Source: the human T2T-CHM13v2.0 reference genome, Homo sapiens
Direction: 5' to 3' (one strand)
DNA: 64,000 bases
Assembly (NCBI RefSeq): GCF_009914755.1
Contig: NC_060931.1
In this document: piece after piece, positions 56,209-64,000 of the stretch
How the letters are laid out: each line of letters starts with the position of its first letter
How positions within the stretch are numbered: position 1 is the first letter of the stretch
The notes under the pieces: generated by a model
What the model was told of the DNA's origin: nothing
Database searches by the model: none
What the model saw: only the letters and a program-made list of their open reading frames with translations
Translations under genes and position numbers: made by a program

Positions 56209-58349
56209 GGGTCAATTTTTATGTTTATACAAAAGAACAGCCTATGGGGATTTTGGGTGGATTTCAGTCACCCTTTTCTATTTATCAGTCCCTTTATCAT
56301 AAGGAATCCAGTCATCAATCTCTCTGGCTGTTTTATGCTGAGGAAGGGTCTCATAGGCAGCTACATACCATGAGTGATCATGTGGCCACCCAGGAGTCAA
56401 AGGTTAATCTAACATAGAGTTTTCTTCTGACACATAATATTCATCCCTCTAGTCCTCCACTTCCATCAAAGACAAATCACAGCAGGATCAATCTACTTGC
56501 AAAATAAACTTCAGTCCCATATAATTGGCCTGATTACCCACACAAAGTGCAACAAGAATCATTGTCCATATAGACTTTTCCAAATTGGCTTTTCTGGAAC
56601 CTCTCACATGGCTGTTTCAGTCAAAGCCCTGGGAAAATAACCAGTTTCTTCAGTGTATCCCATTACAAAAATGTGTTGTTATTAGCTGTATGCAAACATA
56701 TACATGCCATGAATTAAGACTATTCACAAATAGTTTACAAATTCTGGAGAAATTAGGCAGGGAGAGAGAGAGAAATATGACTAAAATTCTGTTTACAAAA
56801 ATATGCTCTACTCAATACACTTAAAGTATATTTCAAGGCTATAAATAACTCAAAAGAAAACATCTCTTCAGACTTTAAAAAACAAAATGAATCAGCAATA
56901 TTTCAAATTTTAAGAAGCCATACAAATTATCTTAGTCTTCTATTGGTTCAGTCCATGTAATCAACTCCTGCTCTGCTTCATACTGAGTTAGCAATCTTTA
57001 TGAACACATCATCCTTTCAATTAGTGCCCTGGAAGTTTTCTCTGTAATCCAGTGGCACCATCTCCAAAGTTATTAGAAACTTTCATGCAAGAGTCTTTTT
57101 CATGGACCGTGGCAGATTATGTTGCTCTTTTTTTCAGAAGGATCAAAGCAAAACACCAATTGTGAATGACAAAAGTCTTATGACAGCCTTAGTTAAAGAC
57201 ACAGTAGACAAGGAAATTTGGTTTTGCTGTAGCACGCAGCAATTTAACATAACAGTAATTACAACATTTGTTTAAGACATATCAGAATTTCAGGAATGTC
57301 ATAGAATCCTGAAACACATACTAACAAATGTATAAAATAAAACCAAAAGGAAGCTACATGCCACTTCAGATTTGACAATGTTTGCTGCATAATGGTAACA
57401 AACATAACAAATCCCATAAGCCTAATATGTCTCTCTCAGACTTCAGGGAACATAATATTCAAAAAAGTGATTTTAAGGTCAAAAAGACTGAATTTAGAAC
57501 TTTAAGTTTTGCTATTGGAAGTTCTGTCAAATATCAACATTTTAAGACATTTGATACCACAAAATAGGATCACAGGTCACTACAAAATAGTCATTCATTT
57601 AGCCCAAATGATAAAACAAAAATGTTTACCTTTTGACAGAGAGAAGCCTTAGTTTCCCAAACAGTAAGATCTAATACAAACAGCAGGAGGCCAACTATAT
57701 CTGTCTCTCCCTAGTCCTCTTTCTCCCTGCAGTTTACTCAGTAGGTCAACAAATCTTTTATCTCTCAATATTACACAAATATTTTGTTCAAAAAAGGAAA
57801 CCAAAGCTTATTTTTATATGAGTATTATTAATGTGAAGCTAATCTTAATAAAACCTTGTGAACAAATCTACCTAATTTTAATCAGGTAGGTATACATAAG
57901 ATTTCCATAAGCTTTTTATAACCTTTTTCAATTTTCTATTAAACAGCAGATCAATGCTCCAAGAAAACCCTGTTATTCTGACATATGGTCCAGATGCTGG
58001 CCTTGCATCAGAGTGCGTTTGATACTCATGTTTAATTTATAGAAAAACTCTGAACTACTCTTATCACTCAAAAATTGGTCTTTACAGTCTCACGTGCCCA
58101 CCTTTTCTGCAACGGTCCCTGGGCCTAGAGGGATTGAATACATATGCACAAACGAAAATCCAATAGCTTTTACCTTGGAACTCTAGCCATGAGATAGCAA
58201 TACAAACTAGCTGGGTTTACATGTTTACACTTTGTTTGCCCTGATAGGTAATCCAATGAAGGCTGTGAAATAAAATTTTGGGTAAAGCAGTTTTCATGGC
58301 AGTTTGATTTTTAAAGGCCAAACCTCCCCAGACTCAAAAGAACACTGGG

Positions 58350-58620
<271 letters not shown>

Positions 58621-59388
58621 AAAAAAACACTGGGACCAAATAGCACCAAAGAAGAATATCACATACTAACCAGGCCTGACCCTGCTTAGAACAGCAGCAC
58701 AAAAAGCCTGGATACATGCAACTCCATCCCACTTTCCCATTCAATAGCAAACTCCAGATTCCGAACAATACTGAGGACAAACAGTATTCCAAAACTAACA
58801 AGTTTACTGAATTATAATTCCTCATGACTATATCAAACACACACAATCACCAAAACAAAATCCAACTGCTGCAGCGACAAGCCTCAAGAGTGTCCAAACT
58901 GAAACAGTCAGGGCGCCTCTCTCCAATGGTTGGGTTTGATCAAATGAGAAACAAAAATTTCTTAGGAATTTCCCAAATTGAAAGGAACTGATCCCACCCC
59001 TGGTACCCACAAAGGATAGTCACTTGCCCAGACACAACACACAATTACAAGCAAGCCCCCAAGAGTGTCCATACGGAAACAGTCAAGGTGCTTCCCACTC
59101 TCAGTCAGTTGGGCTTGTTCAACCTGCAAATGGAAATTCATTTAAAAATGTCCCAAATTGAGAGGAGCAGATTCTGCCATCTGGGTCTGCAAAGGACACT
59201 CACCTATCCATATGCAGACATCATATTTCAAAAGCAGTTCTTCCAAGGCAGTCAGGAACATAGTTGGGGTCGGCTGTGGTGGGGCCAGAGAGAGACGGAA
59301 ACTCACCTCCAGCCAAAACTGGGTGGGCAGCTGCTTAGGAGATCTTCTGAGATGCCCAGCCTGTAGCAGCTGAACCACAAGCAACACG

Positions 59389-59406
59389 TTCCTGGTCAGG
59401 GAACCA
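59389..59406 (-). promoter_or_regulatory. Retroviral primer-binding site for tRNA-Glu
   Basis: Minus strand TGGTTCCCTGACCAGGAA versus TGGTTCCCTGACCGGGAA, the complement of the tRNA-Glu(CTC) 3' 18 nt, is 17/18. It lies 5 nt downstream of the LTR end. Confidence 0.88.
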
Positions 59407-59411
59407 AAATC

Positions 59412-59855
59412 TGTTACCAAAACACCAGGGGTTCTGTATAAGTTTTGTTGCTCCCCGCACAGAAAGCCAATCACTGAGAAGACAAGTACTGCCAAGGAAT
59501 AAGGCTTTAATCGGGTGCTGAAGCAGAGATCTCGAGAGCTTAGCCTGAAATCCATCTCCCTGACTAACACTAGGGGTTTATATAGCAAGGAAGAAATGTA
59601 ACAATGTGTAAGAAAACAGGAACTAGGAAGAGATAAGGAATCAATCATGTTGAATGAGGGGGGCAGCATCTCATTGTCTGGATATGGTGATCTGGTGAGT
59701 CAGTTCTTCGATACTTTTTTTTGAGAGGCCTGAAGCTCCTTTCTTGAGGAAGGAACTCAGATAAAACAAATGTAAGCTTCAAGCTTTAAGATCAGAAATG
59801 TTAATTTTTATGTTTATCTGAAAGAACAGCCAATGGGACTTTTGGGTCAGTTTCA
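59412..59855 (-). mobile_element. ERV1 5' LTR with TATA box and polyA signal
   Basis: TG...CA ends, minus-strand GCTATATAAAC (~59576-59586) and ATTAAA (59506-59511). Confidence 0.9.
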
Positions 59856-60044
59856 CAAACATATTTGCATTTGCATACCACCCGTTCTTTCTTTTTCTTC
59901 CAATACATGAGTTGTCTTCCTCAAATGTAAAGAAAATCCTTTTACTGTGTTTTGAATATTTTTCTCCCAACAAGGCAAGATTTTCTGCCAGCAAAAAGAT
60001 TACAACTTGCTGGAGGCTCAGATGATAGTGCTTTTCTACCAATG

Positions 60045-60240
60045 AAGTATTTTTTTATTTAGGTATGTATATTTTTCAGACAATGTTATCACACACTTAG
60101 TAGACTGTAGTCTGTTAAGTACAGTGTAAACAGAATTTTATAAGCACTTGGTAATTTTGAAAAATGTGACTCACTGTATAGCCATATTTGCTTTATTGCT
60201 ATGTTCAGAAACCAAATCCCAATACTCTGATGTATTTCTG
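60045..60240 (+). mobile_element. Tigger1 3'-end fragment
   Basis: aggtatgta...cacacttagtagactgtag...gtgtaaaca...tgtgactcact...atatttgctttattgc, ending tctg followed by TA. Confidence 0.75.
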
Positions 60241-60296
60241 TAGCAATTGTGAGATATCTTCACTACAAAGGAAATTATGAAGTAATCTCCTGGGAG

Positions 60297-60342
60297 ATAT
60301 TTTGAATCTGTACAAATATTTTGAATCTGTACAAATATTTTG
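60297..60342. repeat. Perfect 19-bp tandem duplication (2.4 copies)
   Basis: atattttgaatctgtacaa x2 followed by atattttg. Confidence 0.95.
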
Positions 60343-60749
60343 TTATCCAATAGCATTAACCCAGTGGTTGTATAATATACTGATGATCCTTAATAGAATC
60401 TGTGGTATCTTTGTGGTTACAAAATGGTGATTTTCTACTTTTATTATTTTTTCTAAGCTGACATTCTTTAACAAGACTTTATTTTTTTCTCTCTTTTCTC
60501 TTTTTGAGAAAGATTTAACTTCTCTTGATTTTTTCTTTAATATATTGCATAATATATAATATCTTTTATTATTATCAGAAATGTTGCTGCTCATTTGTTC
60601 CATATTTAGCTATAAAATTCTTGCAAGATAGATCTAATGTTCTTTTAAATGTCTGCAATTGCTCTTTTGTGGAATGACCATATGGTCCAAATAGGACACT
60701 TGGAGATTAAGCAGTCACTGTGAATAATTATGTGGGAATATAATTACTG

Positions 60750-63720
60750 AAAGAGTGGTCTCAAAATCTCTAACTATATTAGTGGTTTGTATGTTTCTTC
60801 TGTGATTTTTATCTCTTTTTGCCTCATATTTTTACACACTATTTTTAGGCACATGCACTCTAAGAATCATTATGTTCTATACTATCTTGGGGATTTGACA
60901 CTTTTTCTTGTTATGTAATGTCCCTCTGTATCCTTGACAATTTTCTTTATCCTAAAGTCAACTTTGTCTATAATTAATATAGCTAACTCCAGTTCTCATT
61001 TGATCAGTGTTAGCATGGCTTATCTTTCCTCATCTGTTAAACTATAACCTATATGAGTCTTTATATTTAAAGTGGGTTTACTTATAGAAAACATATCATT
61101 GGGTCTTGTTATTTTTATTCACATTGATAATCTTTGCCTATTAAGTAGTGTGTATAGACTGTCCAATTTAGATTATCGAATATTAAAATTAATATCTACC
61201 ATGTTTATAACTTTTCTATTTTTTGTACTTTTTTCATTTTTTTCCTCTTTTTTCTCCCTTCCCAGGTTTTATTTGAGCCTTTTATATATTTTTTCTGTTA
61301 TCAATTATACATCTTTTAAAAATTTACTGACTTATCCAGAACATCAAATATATGTTTTCACATCATCTAAGTATACCTTCAAATAATACTGTGCTGCTTT
61401 CATGTAGTGCAGGGACCTTGTAACAGTATTCCTACTGCTTCCTTTTTCTAACTTTTATGACATTGTTTTGTTCATTATACTCACTCATGTGATATAATCA
61501 CCCGATGTATTGTTACTATTATTAATTTAATCTCGATAACCCTTTATATCAATTAAGAATACAAATGAGGATTTATTTTTTTAATTTAATTTTTCAATGC
61601 CTTACTTTTAAAAAAATATGTAAATCCAGGTTTTTTACCTATATTATTTTTATTCTCCCTGACAAACTTCTTTAACATTTCTTACAGGAAAGATTTTTTT
61701 TTTGTAATGAGTTTCTTACATTTTTCTTTGAGAAGGTTTTTTTCATATTCATTTGCATTTAAAGGATAATTTTATTTCATATAGCATTTAAGGTTGCTGT
61801 GTGTGTAGGGGTGGGGAGTGTGGGGGGGTGTGTGTGTGTGTTTGCAATAATTCATTCCACTCTCTTCTTGTGTACTTTGTTTCTGAAGAAAAGTTCACTC
61901 TACTTCTTAATTTTGTTCCTCTGTAGGCAACTAATATGGTTTGGCTCTGTGTCCACAGCCAAGTCTCACATTGAATTGTAATAATCCCCATGTGTCAAGC
62001 GTGGGACCAGGTGGAGATAACTGAATCATCAGTGGTTTTCTCCCATACTGTTCTCTTGATAGCAAGTGAGTTTTCATAAAATCTAATGGTTTTATAAGAA
62101 GTTTCCCCCTTCACTCAGCTCTTATTCTCTCTCCTGCCACCCTGGGAAGAGGTACCTTCCACCATGATTGTAAGTTTCCCTAGGCCTCGCTAGCTATGTG
62201 GAACTCTAAGTCAATTAAACCTCTTTTCTTTATAAATTACTCAGTCTCAGGCAGTTCTTTATAGCAGTGTAAGGATGGACGAATACAGCAACATATCCCC
62301 TCAATTTCAATGTATATATTTTTTGCCTTTGATTTTCTGCAGTTTAAATATGATATATTTATGTGCAAGTTTTTTTTAACTGAATCAGTGTTCTTCAGGT
62401 ATTCTTGATCTGTAGATGGTGATTGTTATTAATTTTACAAAGCTTTCACCAATTATAATTTCAAATATTTTTGTTTTACTATTTTTTTGTTCCCTTCTCC
62501 TATTCCAAGTATTCTCATGTTGTACCTTTAAAAATCATCACACAGTTCTTGAATTTTTTGTTCTTTAAAAAAAAATCATTCTGTTCTTTTTTTTCCCTTT
62601 GCATTTCAGCCTGGGAAGTTTGTGTTGACCTGTCTTTAAGCTCACTGATTCTTCCCTTGATTATGTCTAATCTATTTATGAGTTTATCAAAGGTAGTCTT
62701 TTGTTCCAGTGTTTTGAGTTCTAGCATTTCCCCTTTGATTCTCTCTTAGAATTTTCATATAGTTGCTTTCATTACATATCTTTTTTGTGTTGTCTACTTT
62801 TTTCCTTTAGATACCTTAACATATTTATAGTTATTTTAATTTTTATTCAATATTTCCCACATTTATCTCATATCTGAGTTTGGTTCTGATGCTTGCTTTA
62901 TCTATTCCATCTTCTTTGTCTTGCCTTTTGGCATATCTTGTAATATTTTGTTGAAAGCAAGGCATAGTGTATCACAAAATAGAAACTTAGGTAAAAAAAA
63001 AACAACAGAGAAAAAACCTCATTACAGTAAGGAGGTATGTTACTCTGCTGAGGAGCCAGGCTTGTTAAATATTTGCTGTAGCTCTAAGTGACTGAAGATA
63101 TTATGTCTCTATTGTTGTTTTTATCTACCCTCTATGTTTAGTTTAGCCTAAGTATTGTTTTCAGATTTAGTCTCTGTCTTACCACTTTTTCAGTTTTATT
63201 CATTATTATTATATTGGAGTCTTGCTGGTTTGGTGGTAAGTTGCAGTGGAGGTTAATTATTCCATAATGTTATGATCAAATCTCAGTCTTTCAGAAGATT
63301 TGTATCTCAAGGCATTACAGGTTTCATGAGAGTTTCTCCAATGCTATAGCTTCCCCTCACCCTGCCTTCACCTTAGTGGAAACAAGAATACTACAGGGGA
63401 CTGCAGTGGGGAAAAATTCATTTTCTTAGCCACCTAAGTCTTTTCCTCTGGAGATTAGAAACAGAATGGGCATGTTTCAAAATGTCTTCAATGTGAAGCA
63501 TACTCCTTCTGTGCTAGAGCCATAAAGGGTTCATCCCAGCCCTTTTACTATAAATGCTTTTAAAAAGCCTGGAAGTAAAGCCTCAGAAATAGACTGAAGA
63601 CCCTAGTAGATTCTCACTTACACTAGTCCACATTCAGCTTCCAGAAATTAATCAAAATAAAACTTTAAGTGTTTTACCAGTGCATGACTTGAGTAGTTAC
63701 AGCTCCAAATATGTGGATCT
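60750..63720 (-). mobile_element. Old L1M (ORF2 5' end, ORF1, 5' region), interrupted by THE1
   Basis: Antisense motifs gagtctttatatttaaagtgggttt and aagtcaactttgtctataattaatatagct. Minus ORF 62515-62727 (FDKLINRLDIIKGRISELKDRS) is ORF1p-like. Confidence 0.82.
61932..62287 (+). mobile_element. Solo THE1D/MSTA-like LTR
   Basis: taatatggtttggctctgtgtcc...ttccaccatgattgtaagtttcc...gtcaattaaacctcttttctttataaattac...aataca. Perfect TSD gcaac (61927-61931 / 62288-62292). Confidence 0.94.
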
Positions 63721-63727
63721 TGTACAT

Positions 63728-64000
63728 CACAGGTCCCCAACCACTAGGCAGTGGACCAGTACAGGTCCATGGCTTGTTAGGACCTGGGCGGCACAGCAGG
63801 AGGTGAGTGGCAGCAAGTGAGCATTACCACTGAAGCTCCGCCTGCTGTCAGATCAGCAGTGGCGTTAGATCCTCATAAGACCATGAACCCGACTGTGAAC
63901 TGTGCATGCAAGATATCTAGGTTGTGCACTTTTTATGAAAATGTAATGCCTGATGATCTGAGGTGGAACCCTTTCGTCCTGAAACATTCCCCCTCCTTGG
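63728..64000 (+). mobile_element. MER1B (runs off the window end)
   Basis: ggtccccaacc...gcacagcaggaggtgagtggc...gtcagatcagcagtggc...aatgcctgatgatctgaggtggaac. Confidence 0.92.

Noticed and set aside
59389-59406. tRNA-Glu gene
   Set aside because: Only the 3' 18 nt including CCA match, next to an LTR. This is a PBS; there is no cloverleaf.
59142-59669. Longest ORF (175 aa, minus strand)
   Set aside because: It spans LTR, PBS and leader sequence and has no gag-like or other recognisable motifs, so it is likely a chance frame.

Overview
AT-rich, CpG-depleted primate genomic DNA. It is human-like, judged by AluS/AluY, L1PA7-like, THE1 and MER11 elements. I see no protein-coding gene, RNA gene, CpG island, CRISPR array or prokaryotic feature. 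Roughly half the window is recognisable interspersed repeat: 10 Alus or Alu fragments, three old antisense L1M blocks, a 5'-truncated L1PA with TSD, an old L1M 5'UTR/ORF1 piece, solo LTRs (MER57-like, MER11, MLT2 x2, MER31, LTR22, THE1 x2, several MLT1), a MaLR internal+LTR remnant, a minus-strand non-autonomous ERV1-class provirus with a tRNA-Glu PBS, DNA transposon relics (MER1B x2, MER44, Tigger1), L2/MIR fragments and microsatellites. The supplied ORFs look like repeat-derived or chance ORFs. I found no evidence for a novel biological system. The best observations are small structural events: an Alu at an apparent deletion junction, a template-switch micro-inversion in L1PA, a fold-back inverted repeat and a 33-bp AT-rich VNTR. 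Subfamily names come from my recall of consensus sequences, not from a database search, and boundaries of old elements are approximate.
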